Positions 26,746 to 35,929 of a stretch of DNA of 64,000 nt are shown here, piece after piece (position 1 is the first letter of the stretch; each line of letters starts with the position of its first letter). The stretch is from Escherichia phage moskry. The DNA lies in the sequence record MN850651.1. One strand, 5' to 3'. Position numbers and translations under genes: made by a program. The notes under the pieces were generated by a model that saw nothing but the letters and a program-made list of their open reading frames with translations, had not been told where the DNA came from and did no database searches.

Positions 26746-27240
26746 TCACAACTTATTAATATTTACTTTAATTCGCTTTCTTTTCTTGGAAGGAATTTGT
26801 TCTGGACCTTTATTTACGACTGCACCTGTAGTTGTTCCTGATGCAATAGCTTGAGGACTGCCGCCTGAATCACCAGCAACCATATCCTCAAATAAAGGGA
26901 GTTCTTTAAATATTTCTTTCTGTTGTTCTTCCGTAATGTTATAGCGTGAAGCTACAGCACTCCAGGCAGACATCATTGAGGCCATTCCATTAAGACCCGG
27001 AACAGTGCTCATCATTCGCTTCATTGAACGAACTGAAGCATGAAAAGGTGTATACGCCGCTTTTTCTTCGGGAGTAGAAGGACGTTTAAGAACACTTCCA
27101 CGTTCATCGATGATTTTGGCTTCGTATGCTTTCCATTCGGTAAAAGGTTTTTGCATTAGTCGAATAAACTTATATGCATAAACAGAATCTATTGCAGTGT
27201 TAATAATACCCATAGGTACCTCCTGAGTATATTTAATCAA
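26746..27240 (-). CDS. hypothetical protein (164 aa)
   Basis: ORF track. Confidence 0.5.
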   Translation of the reverse strand: MIKYTQEVPMGIINTAIDSVYAYKFIRLMQKPFTEWKAYEAKIIDERGSVLKRPSTPEEKAAYTPFHASVRSMKRMMSTVPGLNGMASMMSAWSAVASRYNITEEQQKEIFKELPLFEDMVAGDSGGSPQAIASGTTTGAVVNKGPEQIPSKKRKRIKVNINKL

Positions 27241-27430
27241 TTACAAAGATCGCTTTGTCACCATTTATATCTGTGACTTCATATGTAGTGCCTTCATACT
27301 GTGGAATATTCCAAATTACACCATCATTAGCTTTTACGCTAATATGGCATTGGCGTTTTGAAACAACTTCATAATCTTCAAAACTTGTAAAAACACTAAT
27401 TTTAGAACCAGTGCAAATTGCAGTAGTCAT
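27233..27430 (-). CDS. hypothetical protein (65 aa)
   Basis: ORF track. Confidence 0.4.
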   Translation of the reverse strand: MTTAICTGSKISVFTSFEDYEVVSKRQCHISVKANDGVIWNIPQYEGTTYEVTDINGDKAIFVID

Positions 27431-27431
27431 T

Positions 27432-28091
27432 TTAACCTCGATTCATAAATGCATTAAATATTTGGTCATCAACAGAAATTTCTAATTCGACTTCAATTGC
27501 TTCAGCCTTTTCTTCAGGTGGTAATTCATATCCACACACTACAATTTTTTCATCGATATCAAAATATACAGAAGCAATACGATTAATGTTATTTTCAGTT
27601 AAGTCTAAATCAACATCAACATCTTTTTGACCTACACTTAAAGGATAACTAATACGGGTTATTTTATTATCTTTAACAAAGAGTCCACCAACATACTCTG
27701 TACTACGTTTGAAGTCTACACGTTTCCGAATTGAAAGATATGATACATCTTTACCGTGAGCTCGGCTCATAGGACATAATGAATAGCTAGAATAAGAGAT
27801 GTCAAATCCTACACCTTCAATATGAGCCAACGTGTCATGATTAAACCAATTATAATCATATGCCAAATCCATTATATTGTAATATGTGAAAGGCACAGGA
27901 TTAACATCATATGTTGTACCTTTAAAATCTGCCCAGGCAACGATTTCGTTATCTTTAACAATTACAAAAATTACACCAATATGATATCCGTTATTATTTT
28001 CGTTCGGCGTTATATTATAACATTGTGCATTAGGAAATTTACCATATTTAAATGGTGCGTTTTTGTGCATATAATAAATCATATTATTCAC
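27432..28091 (-). CDS. hypothetical protein (219 aa)
   Basis: ORF track; start overlaps the upstream stop. Confidence 0.5.
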   Translation of the reverse strand: MNNMIYYMHKNAPFKYGKFPNAQCYNITPNENNNGYHIGVIFVIVKDNEIVAWADFKGTTYDVNPVPFTYYNIMDLAYDYNWFNHDTLAHIEGVGFDISYSSYSLCPMSRAHGKDVSYLSIRKRVDFKRSTEYVGGLFVKDNKITRISYPLSVGQKDVDVDLDLTENNINRIASVYFDIDEKIVVCGYELPPEEKAEAIEVELEISVDDQIFNAFMNRG

Positions 28092-28377
28092 CTGTGATTT
28101 CGGTTACGATATCTTTGTTATCGAAATTAGGGTCACAATACAAAACATAATTGTACTGCATGATACCGCCGGACTTAAGTTGTTCAACAACTTTATTGAC
28201 CATATTAGGACGGTCTCGTTTAGTGATGTTCATGATATCAGAGAAGATTTGTTGTTCAACATCTTCTTGATTTGCAGTCATTGACCACTCACAGAGGTCT
28301 TTATCATAACCTGCCGTAACTGGAGCCGGTGCACATGATACTGCAAGTAAGATTGCTGCCAATGATAACTTTTTCAT
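28084..28377 (-). CDS. sp: Spackle-like periplasmic protein (lysozyme inhibitor / superinfection exclusion)
   Basis: 97 aa with signal peptide MKKLSLAAILLAVSCAPAPVTAG, then ..YDKDLCEWSMTA.., ..GGIMQYNYVLYCD..; size and features match T4 Sp as recalled. Confidence 0.6.
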   Translation of the reverse strand: MKKLSLAAILLAVSCAPAPVTAGYDKDLCEWSMTANQEDVEQQIFSDIMNITKRDRPNMVNKVVEQLKSGGIMQYNYVLYCDPNFDNKDIVTEITGE

Positions 28378-28406
28378 TTTAACTCCTTAGTTGATTTGAT
28401 AGGACT

Positions 28407-28436
28407 ACTATAACATAGTCCATCTATAATGTAAAC
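28407..28436 (-). promoter_or_regulatory. early promoter GTTTAC-N18-TATAGT
   Basis: Read directly, with dyad GGACUA/UAGUCC around the -10. Confidence 0.5.
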
Positions 28437-28440
28437 AAGT

Positions 28441-28689
28441 TTATTCTTTTTCGCGAATAATAATTACTTGTTGAGGCTGCTGAGCAGATTTCTTTTCGGC
28501 AACGATAGACCAAATTAAAGTTCCAATCCAACCAATCATCGTCCAGTTAAAGAGTAAAGATACAAAGAAGATTGCTGTTGTGCCTTTTGTGCCACGAATA
28601 AGTGCGATTACCCAAGGCAACATGTAAATGATGATTGAACCAATACCTGCGATTAAAACTGCTACTGAACTAGCCACGAATAATTCCAT
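28441..28689 (-). CDS. two-TM membrane protein, superinfection-immunity (Imm)-like
   Basis: 82 aa; ..YMLPWVIALIRGTKGTTAIFFVSLLFNWTMIGWIGTLIWSIV.. resembles the LPxxIA..R....NWT.IGW pattern of Imm-family proteins (from memory). Confidence 0.4.
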   Translation of the reverse strand: MELFVASSVAVLIAGIGSIIIYMLPWVIALIRGTKGTTAIFFVSLLFNWTMIGWIGTLIWSIVAEKKSAQQPQQVIIIREKE

Positions 28690-28750
28690 GTTAATTTCCT
28701 CTTGATTTGTTATGTTTATAGTATCTTGTTTTAACTTTGGTGTAAACCAA

Positions 28751-29119
28751 TTAATTAAATTTGTTTAAACGTTCAATACACTGGACGTAGTTATTCGCTA
28801 TTTGTTTCTGGGTAGGCTCTTTACCAGTTGTTTCAACATAGCGAATGAATGCGATTTCAGTAGCCTGTAAACAATGCTCTTTAACACGTTGTTCTTTTGA
28901 CAATGCTACAGTATCAGAGTCACGATAACGTTGAGCATGGGCATCAGCTTGAATCATTCGATTACCTACAGTAACCGGGTCTTCCACTTCAACTTTAGGT
29001 TGTTCATATTGTTTAACATTCGGATTGTAAATCAATTGGCCAACGTTATTAGGGATAAAGCCATGGGCACCACATCCGGTTAATCCAAATACCATTGCTA
29101 AAGCGATTAATTTTTTCAT
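28751..29119 (-). CDS. putative lipoprotein
   Basis: Signal peptide with lipobox (..AMVFGLTGC) at the N-terminus; 122 aa. Confidence 0.55.
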   Translation of the reverse strand: MKKLIALAMVFGLTGCGAHGFIPNNVGQLIYNPNVKQYEQPKVEVEDPVTVGNRMIQADAHAQRYRDSDTVALSKEQRVKEHCLQATEIAFIRYVETTGKEPTQKQIANNYVQCIERLNKFN

Positions 29120-29147
29120 TTCAATTTCCTCTGTAGTTGATAGAAAG

Positions 29148-29177
29148 ATAGTAACACAGTATGTGGGGCCTGTAAAC
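29148..29177 (-). promoter_or_regulatory. early promoter GTTTAC-N18-TACTAT
   Basis: Read directly. Confidence 0.5.
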
Positions 29178-29179
29178 AG

Positions 29180-29437
29180 CTATTTTAAACTTTTGCGAAA
29201 TTTGCGTTTTTCTTGACGAATCTGTCGTTTAGTCGGACGTACAGCAAATTTAACGAAGTCCACTTTGCCGTGTGGAAACTTTTCAGATGCTTCACAGTCC
29301 ATCATTAGTTCCCATCCTTCCAGAATAAGAGCTTTCCATTGTGTAGTTGATGCAAATTCGTATGTTGATGGTTTAAACACAGTTGAATACATATTATCCT
29401 CTGAAATCAGCTTCAAAAACTTTCTCGTCATTAACAA
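29180..29437 (-). CDS. hypothetical protein (85 aa; TTG start in track)
   Basis: ORF track; 5' end overlaps dmd by about 44 nt, start may be the internal Met. Confidence 0.35.
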   Translation of the reverse strand: MLMTRKFLKLISEDNMYSTVFKPSTYEFASTTQWKALILEGWELMMDCEASEKFPHGKVDFVKFAVRPTKRQIRQEKRKFRKSLK

Positions 29438-29588
29438 ATGCTTTAACTAATGCGTTGTTCACTTCAGCAAACTGCATGGTAGCCCACATGATATGCTCTT
29501 TGTCTGTTATATCCATGCGGATTTCTTTGGTAAACATACTACCATTTTCAAACCAACCAATAAAAACTACTTTAGCAAACTCTTCCAT
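29394..29588 (-). CDS. dmd: Dmd-like antitoxin (discriminator of mRNA degradation)
   Basis: 64 aa; ..KVVFIGWFENGSMFTKEI.., ..WATMQFAEVNNALVKAF.. resemble T4 Dmd as I recall it. Confidence 0.55.
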   Translation of the reverse strand: MEEFAKVVFIGWFENGSMFTKEIRMDITDKEHIMWATMQFAEVNNALVKAFVNDEKVFEADFRG

Positions 29589-29906
29589 TTAGATTTCCTC
29601 ACAGAACGCCCATTCAGCATGATAAACTGTAGCGCCTTTAGTATCATTCATTTGAACTACATCTACCGGAGAAATTACTCGATAGAGACGTGGTTCACCT
29701 CCATAAGAGCGTGCTGCTCGTCCTGCATAAATCTTTGCTAAACCGATATCTTCAGTAAAGAATACACGATCCAAGTTTTTCTTACGTCCAGTTTCAGACA
29801 GAACTCCTGTTTCCTCAGGAGGACAAAGCATGTTTTCGATGTTAGCTGAACTACTTGAACCGTGATAAAAAATCTTAAATTCTGCTTTACAATCGATGGT
29901 TTTCAT
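29589..29906 (-). CDS. hypothetical protein (105 aa)
   Basis: ORF track. Confidence 0.5.
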   Translation of the reverse strand: MKTIDCKAEFKIFYHGSSSSANIENMLCPPEETGVLSETGRKKNLDRVFFTEDIGLAKIYAGRAARSYGGEPRLYRVISPVDVVQMNDTKGATVYHAEWAFCEEI

Positions 29907-29932
29907 TTTGTTCTCCAGTAGTTGATAGGTCT

Positions 29933-29960
29933 ATAATAACACAACTACTGGAGAAGTAAA
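29933..29960 (-). promoter_or_regulatory. early promoter GTTTAC-N16/17-TATTAT
   Basis: Read directly; followed by AGACCTATCAAC. Confidence 0.5.
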
Positions 29961-29961
29961 C

Positions 29962-30336
29962 TTAAAAACGTAATTTAGATATATCTGCGTTGATTTCGTT
30001 TTGGTTCGCGTCATATGCAATTAAACGAACCGCTTTAGATGGGTCATTCAATGCATAGAAATGATGGAACATTGCTCGAACGATATCACCATTTACGAGT
30101 TCTACCTGGATAGGAGAACCTTTTTCGAGTTGGAAATGTTCATAAGCTTTGATGGTTCGTAGATAATCAAGTTTTTGATTTCCAGCTCCAACTATTTGTA
30201 CGATACGTTTGCCCATGTTTTCCATACGAGATACAATAGTTTTAGGAGCAAGAATAACGTAGGTTGCCAGCGGAGAAACTACTTCAACAGTTGTGTTTTC
30301 GGTGATTGCAGTAAAAATTGCTTGAGACATATTCAT
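29962..30336 (-). CDS. hypothetical protein (124 aa)
   Basis: ORF track. Confidence 0.5.
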   Translation of the reverse strand: MNMSQAIFTAITENTTVEVVSPLATYVILAPKTIVSRMENMGKRIVQIVGAGNQKLDYLRTIKAYEHFQLEKGSPIQVELVNGDIVRAMFHHFYALNDPSKAVRLIAYDANQNEINADISKLRF

Positions 30337-30365
30337 AATGTTTTCCTCTTGGTTAGTGTAAGTAC

Positions 30366-30395
30366 ATCATATCATGCCTAGAGGAAGATGTAAAC
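30366..30395 (-). promoter_or_regulatory. early promoter GTTTAC-N18-TATGAT
   Basis: Read directly, between the gene 41 terminator hairpin and the next gene. Confidence 0.5.
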
Positions 30396-30401
30396 CCCGA
30401 A

Positions 30402-30424
30402 AGGAGACCGAAGTCTCCTTTTTA
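30402..30424. terminator. hairpin AGGAGAC-CGAA-GUCUCCU downstream of gene 41, with U-run on the + strand
   Basis: Perfect 7-bp stem; T5 run follows on + strand; may stop antisense transcripts or stabilise the gene 41 mRNA 3' end. Confidence 0.5.
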
Positions 30425-31867
30425 TTAAAATTTTAACTCATTGGCTAAGCTATCTAGGTCAGCACGTGTTGCTTTGGCTTTACCTACGCGTTCCGTACGA
30501 TTCACCTCTGCCTGACGCATCTGAGCACCTGCGTTTTCATTTACTGTGTTAGGTGTGTTCATGCCTTCTTGCTCAATCTCAATCCATTTCTGGTTGCCTT
30601 TACGTACACCCATCAGGAATTTATTCCACTTATTCTTATCACCATATCGTGATTTGATTTGTTTGATAAGTTGTTGTTCAGCTTGTGCAAGTTCTTCGGT
30701 TTCAATTACGGCCAACATGAAATCTGCCGTTGCTGGTAAACCTGCTGATTCTGCAATATCGCTCATGTTCATGTCTGAAGCATCCCATGCTGCACGTCCT
30801 ACTTGAGCTGCAGTCCATAGAACTGTTTCAGATTCTACTGCTAATGCACGAAGTTCTTCTGCGATAGCTTTAACTAATGTGTAGCTATTTTCAGTGTAAA
30901 CTCTGATACGACAAGACCCACAAATACCTAAGTAATCAACCATGATTACAGATGGCACAAAATTCTTCTTAAGTTTTAACTCATTAAGCAATGCACGGAA
31001 TGTATTAGCATTAGCTCCACCAGTAGGATACTGTTTAACTACTAAACGTCCTAATGTAGATTTTGAACGCCATTTTTCCATCTTGGCTTTATATTCAGCA
31101 TAAGATACGTTACCATCATCGATATCATCGAGTGATACGTCAAGCATGTTTGCATCTATACGCTTAGCACAAACTTCTTCAGCCATTTCCATGGAAATAT
31201 AAAGAACATTATGACCTGTTTGAAGATAATCTGCAGCAAGTGAACAAAGGCCTAAAGATTTACCAACGTTAACACCAGCCATTAAAACATTCAGTGTACC
31301 TGTTTCTGCGCCGCCTTTGGTGATTTTATTCAGAATGTTTAATTTGAACGGGACCTTACGTGCTTTATTTAGATAAGAAAGCCAGCGTGCTTCGTAGTCT
31401 TCCATCCAGTCATGTCCAACATAACTATCAAACGAAATTGAAAGTGCTTGACGCATAATATCAGGAATAGCTCCTACATCAGGCATTTTCTTGTTACGTT
31501 GTTCTGGAGGTAGTTCAGCATTAGACTGAATCTCAATGATTTTGGATGTAGCATTATACATCGCTTTTTGCTGGACATATTTCTCAGTTTCTTTAACCAA
31601 CCATTCGTGGTCTTCAGGAGTATCAGCCAATTTTTCAATTAGGTCTGAAGTTCCTTTATATTCGGCTTCAGTTAAAGAACTGTTATCTAAAGCCACCTTT
31701 AATGCATTGATGGATGGCATTGCATTATATTCGTTAACGTGGCTCTTTATAATTTTAAAGACATTTTTTGCCGGTCCACGCTCAAAATACTCAGAATCCA
31801 TATAAGGCCAGACCTTAGAAAAATAAGCCTGGTCGTATACTAGATGAGACAAAATAATTTCTACCAC
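30425..31867 (-). CDS. 41: replicative DNA helicase gp41 (DnaB-like)
   Basis: 480 aa; near-identical to T4 gp41 as recalled (MVEIILSHL.., Walker A ..GVNVGKSLGL..). Confidence 0.95.
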   Translation of the reverse strand: MVEIILSHLVYDQAYFSKVWPYMDSEYFERGPAKNVFKIIKSHVNEYNAMPSINALKVALDNSSLTEAEYKGTSDLIEKLADTPEDHEWLVKETEKYVQQKAMYNATSKIIEIQSNAELPPEQRNKKMPDVGAIPDIMRQALSISFDSYVGHDWMEDYEARWLSYLNKARKVPFKLNILNKITKGGAETGTLNVLMAGVNVGKSLGLCSLAADYLQTGHNVLYISMEMAEEVCAKRIDANMLDVSLDDIDDGNVSYAEYKAKMEKWRSKSTLGRLVVKQYPTGGANANTFRALLNELKLKKNFVPSVIMVDYLGICGSCRIRVYTENSYTLVKAIAEELRALAVESETVLWTAAQVGRAAWDASDMNMSDIAESAGLPATADFMLAVIETEELAQAEQQLIKQIKSRYGDKNKWNKFLMGVRKGNQKWIEIEQEGMNTPNTVNENAGAQMRQAEVNRTERVGKAKATRADLDSLANELKF

Positions 31868-31876
31868 GATAACTCC

Positions 31877-32239
31877 TTAAAAGAATTTAAATTTTTTCTT
31901 GGTTCGTTCATTAAAAGCTTGTTGTACTTGCATTGTAACACATTTTTCAACATGTGGTGCAAGTTCTGCTTTTCTGTCCTGATCAAGAACTGCAAAGTCC
32001 ATTACGATTTTACCATCAACCCAGTCTAGTTTTGTAATATAGACTATATGATGAGAACCGTCTTCAAGTGTAATCAGAATCTCTTGAATGACATTTTCCA
32101 TTGCTGAACGGACAATTTTAAGAGATTCATTAAACACTCGTTCTTTGCGAATGTCTTCCCCTTCCGAAGAAGGGGATTCATCAACGATTTCTAGATTTAA
32201 ATCATCGAGATTATTCATCGAAATCTTCCATTTCGTCAA
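31877..32239 (-). CDS. 40: gp40-like protein (by position between gene 41 and uvsX)
   Basis: 120-aa ORF; synteny only. Confidence 0.45.
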   Translation of the reverse strand: MTKWKISMNNLDDLNLEIVDESPSSEGEDIRKERVFNESLKIVRSAMENVIQEILITLEDGSHHIVYITKLDWVDGKIVMDFAVLDQDRKAELAPHVEKCVTMQVQQAFNERTKKKFKFF

Positions 32240-33383
32240 GGTCGTTTTCTATATCTGCTGCAGACGGAGCATCAGAAGTTTTAACAGGAACTTTAGTTGT
32301 TGCTTTGCAATTAATAAGGTCGTTAACAGCGTCATCAACTTCTTTAATAGAAGAGATAGCACCTAGTTTATATTTAGTTTCAATTGCATCTCGGAAAGGT
32401 TTGTGTTTAAACAAAGGTCCCCAGAATTCTACACAATCAGTAGCTTTAGCACGCCATGATTTTTCTTCACGAATCATTTCACCTGTTTCTTCGTCAAGGA
32501 ATTCACGAGCATACCAACCGGCTTTAGGCTTAACTACAAAACCAATTTCAGTTGCCATTTCTAACAAGCCACTGAATGGGTCAATACCGCCATCAAAATT
32601 AACCGTGATTGGGAAAGTAGATTTCTCTTTAACTGTACGAGATTTTTCTGCTTTCAACGTGAAGTCATAACCGGTCAATTCTGTACCTTCTTTAACCTGA
32701 CGTTTAGAGATAAAGAATACAGTGTTAGCAGAGTAAAGAATACCTGTACCACCACCCATAATCTCTTTAGGATATAGTCCGCCGATTTCCATTGCTGTAT
32801 GGTTGATTGCAACACACGGAATATCTTTAATAGTCAGATAAGGAGTCACAATACGGAACAGAGATTTAAGTGCCTTAGCACGAGACATATCACCTACAAC
32901 TTTCTCGTTCAATGCATCTTCGGTTTCTTTCTTAGATGCAGTATTACCAATCGAGTCAATAAAGATAATAACTTTATCACCGCGTTCAATAGCGTCAAGC
33001 TGATTAGTCATATCGACTTTAAGTTGTTCGACAGACTGAATTGGTGTATGAACTACACGGTCTAAATCGACACCCATCGAACGGAAGTAAGATTCTGAAG
33101 CACCGAATTCTGAGTCATAAAACAAACAGATTGCATCTTTATATTTCTTCATATACGCTGCAACCATAGTTAGTCCAAACAATGTTTTAAAATGTTTAGA
33201 AGGTGCAGCAAAAATAGTCAAGCCTGATTGCAATCCTGCATTCAGAGCACCACCTAGTGCAATATTCAACATCGGAATACGAGTAGGGACTTCATCACGA
33301 TTATTAAACAGCTTAGACTTAGTCAAGTCTGCAGTCATTTTAGAAGTAGAAGCTTTAATCAGACGAGATTTTAAATCAGACAT
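32211..33383 (-). CDS. uvsX: UvsX RecA-like recombinase
   Basis: 390 aa; ..RIPMLNIALGG.., Walker A-like ..FAAPSKHFKT.., overall match to T4 UvsX. Confidence 0.95.
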   Translation of the reverse strand: MSDLKSRLIKASTSKMTADLTKSKLFNNRDEVPTRIPMLNIALGGALNAGLQSGLTIFAAPSKHFKTLFGLTMVAAYMKKYKDAICLFYDSEFGASESYFRSMGVDLDRVVHTPIQSVEQLKVDMTNQLDAIERGDKVIIFIDSIGNTASKKETEDALNEKVVGDMSRAKALKSLFRIVTPYLTIKDIPCVAINHTAMEIGGLYPKEIMGGGTGILYSANTVFFISKRQVKEGTELTGYDFTLKAEKSRTVKEKSTFPITVNFDGGIDPFSGLLEMATEIGFVVKPKAGWYAREFLDEETGEMIREEKSWRAKATDCVEFWGPLFKHKPFRDAIETKYKLGAISSIKEVDDAVNDLINCKATTKVPVKTSDAPSAADIENDLDEMEDFDE

Positions 33384-33481
33384 TGTATTTTTCCATAGGC
33401 ATCATTATATTTTACTCATGTTTAAAAGATAAGATGATTATATACTAAGGGTTATACAGCATTTAAAAATTTAAATGGCTC

Positions 33482-34030
33482 TTAACGAGCCCATTTAATG
33501 ATTTCTGTAATCAAATAATTACGTTCGCTTGCATTAAATCCTATAACTTTGTTAGCACCATCATGATTAAGTAATTGATACGTTTGGATTTTGTTATGAA
33601 TTGCAAACTCTTCAAAATATGAAATGACTGTATTAAAACCGAATGAAGACAAAGTAATAAGGTCGTCTTCAAAACTTTCAGTCATTTCGTTACGTGTTAA
33701 AATAATTGTGAACACATCATGGTTTTGGCAAAGACGAACATAATCCTGTTCATAAACATCAAGAACCGAGTCCGCATCTTGTCGAATACGTCCATAAACC
33801 CAGTTACTAATATATCCACGGTCTAACAGATAAATCTTAGTAGGGTCTAAATAATTCAACATCGTTTCGAAACAGCCGACTTCATTTCGAGACTTAACAT
33901 CGAAACGCCCATCAACTGTTCGTTTAGGGAAATCAATCTTTACATATCTTTCACTAATTTCCATTATGTCATTAATGAAAGTTGTTTTACCAGCATTATC
34001 CGGCCCGTCTACTAAAATAATTTTAGCCAT
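33482..34030 (-). CDS. P-loop kinase (nucleotide- or sugar-kinase-like), function unknown
   Basis: 182 aa; Walker A ..ILVDGPDNAGKTTF.. near the N-terminus, ..YLLDRGY.. downstream; not present at this position in T4. Confidence 0.5.
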   Translation of the reverse strand: MAKIILVDGPDNAGKTTFINDIMEISERYVKIDFPKRTVDGRFDVKSRNEVGCFETMLNYLDPTKIYLLDRGYISNWVYGRIRQDADSVLDVYEQDYVRLCQNHDVFTIILTRNEMTESFEDDLITLSSFGFNTVISYFEEFAIHNKIQTYQLLNHDGANKVIGFNASERNYLITEIIKWAR

Positions 34031-34031
34031 T

Positions 34032-34931
34032 TTATTCCTCGATTACGACATCTTCGTATTTAGGTATATTATACGGTGAAGAAATTAAAGCATTAAAGTA
34101 GATGAACTCACCAAGACCTGGATGGAATACTTCTTCAGGATTTTCGAAATATTGAATCTTCGGACGTCCTTTAAGAATTTGATAGTACTCAGTTTTAGTT
34201 GGATTAAAAATTCGAATCAGCGCTTCTTCAGGATACTTATTTCTGTCGAAGCTATTATTTGGATCGGTTATATAAAGCGGTTGACCTAATTGAATTGCGC
34301 ATTCAACCACTTGTTCAAAACGATAACACGGGTCACTAATTCGAAATGGATGAAAAATACCATCTAGATGAATAGGAGCCAAATCACCTACAAGACGCTG
34401 CATGATGGAAGGACGTATAACTTTCTGAGTTACGATAATCTTATTACCATCTGCACCTGCGTTAACCAGCACTTCTTTTTGACGTTCATTCAACACAGTA
34501 GTTTGAAGTGAACTATTAACTGACAACATATCGGTTTTTAAGAATTCGTCAATATAAAAACGTGGTTTATTAGGGTCTGCCGTGATATTGAAATTGAATT
34601 CTACATCAAAAGCGCCGTCATAACCAGTGATATCTGTTATTAGAAAATCACAATCATAATAAGCAATTAATGAATCAACCACAAATTCATTTTCAGACCA
34701 GAAATATTTACGAGTGTTATACGCGTTATCTTTATACCATAATGGAACAAACTTAAATTCCGGGAAAAGACGTTCACATTCTTTAATATCAGATGCATTA
34801 CGTGGATATGTAATCACATCACCTGGATTAGCACGGTGCAAATGAAGTTGGAAGTTGCCATCCTTAAGGATAGCATACTGTCCAGTTTCATAAGACCGCA
34901 TACTCAAAATAGGTACGCGGAAAATAGCCAT
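34032..34931 (-). CDS. hypothetical protein (299 aa) occupying the T4 beta-glucosyltransferase position
   Basis: ORF track; stop/start coupled to the kinase and hydroxymethylase genes; no motif I can assign with confidence. Confidence 0.5.
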   Translation of the reverse strand: MAIFRVPILSMRSYETGQYAILKDGNFQLHLHRANPGDVITYPRNASDIKECERLFPEFKFVPLWYKDNAYNTRKYFWSENEFVVDSLIAYYDCDFLITDITGYDGAFDVEFNFNITADPNKPRFYIDEFLKTDMLSVNSSLQTTVLNERQKEVLVNAGADGNKIIVTQKVIRPSIMQRLVGDLAPIHLDGIFHPFRISDPCYRFEQVVECAIQLGQPLYITDPNNSFDRNKYPEEALIRIFNPTKTEYYQILKGRPKIQYFENPEEVFHPGLGEFIYFNALISSPYNIPKYEDVVIEE

Positions 34932-35647
34932 TAGTCAAGAAATCCTTTAACATAATCAAAATCACGTTCAAACACATGGGCACTTACCATGGTATGAGTA
35001 TAATCACCAACTTCTACACCACATTCGTTAGCGATATAATGAAGTAATTTTCCTTGGAGATAAAAATCCAACTGCATAACAACAGCACAGTTCTGAGAAC
35101 GCATATGACAGTGGGTATAAAGCTTACCATCACGAATATAATAAGTCACTGAGTCAGTACATGGATATTCAAGTGTTTCGTCCGAATCAAGCAAAGCCTG
35201 ATCAGAACTTTCTAGAATTTGGAACACAACTCTTCGAGAGTTAGGTTTCTCTTTAAGTTCTTTTAGAAGAGCCGGTAATTGGGCCGCAATGCGAGGACCG
35301 TAGAAAGTGTTGAAGTTTGCAGGCAAAGCGTCTGATTTAGGTTTAGAAATAAATTTAGCGACATTAGGATATGCCTTAAACGCTTCTTCTGCATCAGTAC
35401 CACCAGAAATCATAAACTTCCAGAAGTCTTCGGCATATTCATAAGAGATGCGGTTAATACGTGGGTCGGTCATTTTGAATGATGATGGATTGTCAACAAC
35501 TACTGTCATGGACCCGATTTCATTACAACGTCCAATACGAGAATTAGTTACGAATTCGGGGTTTTCTAAAATTTCACGATTGACTGCTTTAAATGCGGTT
35601 TGAAAATCTGCGGCTTTGATATATTTCATTGTGTTATGTTTTCCCAT
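34931..35647 (-). CDS. 42: thymidylate-synthase-fold dNMP hydroxymethylase (gene-42-like, probably dCMP-specific)
   Basis: 238 aa; ..LEYPCTDSVTYYIRDGKLYTHCHMRSQNCAVVMQLDFY.. aligns with the TS/dCMP-HMase catalytic Cys segment (P-C..Y.(I/V)RD(G/K)K..(Q/N)..RS.D) with Asp at the base-specificity position. Confidence 0.65.
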   Translation of the reverse strand: MGKHNTMKYIKAADFQTAFKAVNREILENPEFVTNSRIGRCNEIGSMTVVVDNPSSFKMTDPRINRISYEYAEDFWKFMISGGTDAEEAFKAYPNVAKFISKPKSDALPANFNTFYGPRIAAQLPALLKELKEKPNSRRVVFQILESSDQALLDSDETLEYPCTDSVTYYIRDGKLYTHCHMRSQNCAVVMQLDFYLQGKLLHYIANECGVEVGDYTHTMVSAHVFERDFDYVKGFLD

Positions 35648-35689
35648 GTTTACCTCAATACAATTTATTATATACTCAATTCGTAAAGC

Positions 35690-35929
35690 TTATTTGAATT
35701 TCTTAGCAATGTTGATATAACGTAAAGCTTCAGAATCTATACTTCCAAGAACACTATGAAGGAATGCATCAGCGTAGTATTCTAGTTGAACAGGTTCTTT
35801 AATCGCTTTAGCCGCTTTAGTTTCAAACAGGCCCATAAGGGCCTTTTTAAGAATTTGTTCGTTGCTATTAATTTTTATGGTCAAAATCTCTTCATTAAGT
35901 TGGTGGTTAAAAGTTTTTCTAGAAATCAT
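35690..35929 (-). CDS. hypothetical protein (79 aa)
   Basis: ORF track; overlaps the upstream gene by 4 nt. Confidence 0.4.
   Translation of the reverse strand: MISRKTFNHQLNEEILTIKINSNEQILKKALMGLFETKAAKAIKEPVQLEYYADAFLHSVLGSIDSEALRYINIAKKFK

Noticed and set aside
33482-35647. Interpretation of the TS-like enzyme plus P-loop kinase as a 5-hydroxymethyl-dUMP (thymidine hypermodification) pathway
   Set aside because: The specificity position carries Asp (cytosine-type) rather than Asn, and the genome context is T4/RB69-like where hmC is expected. Not excluded, but less likely.
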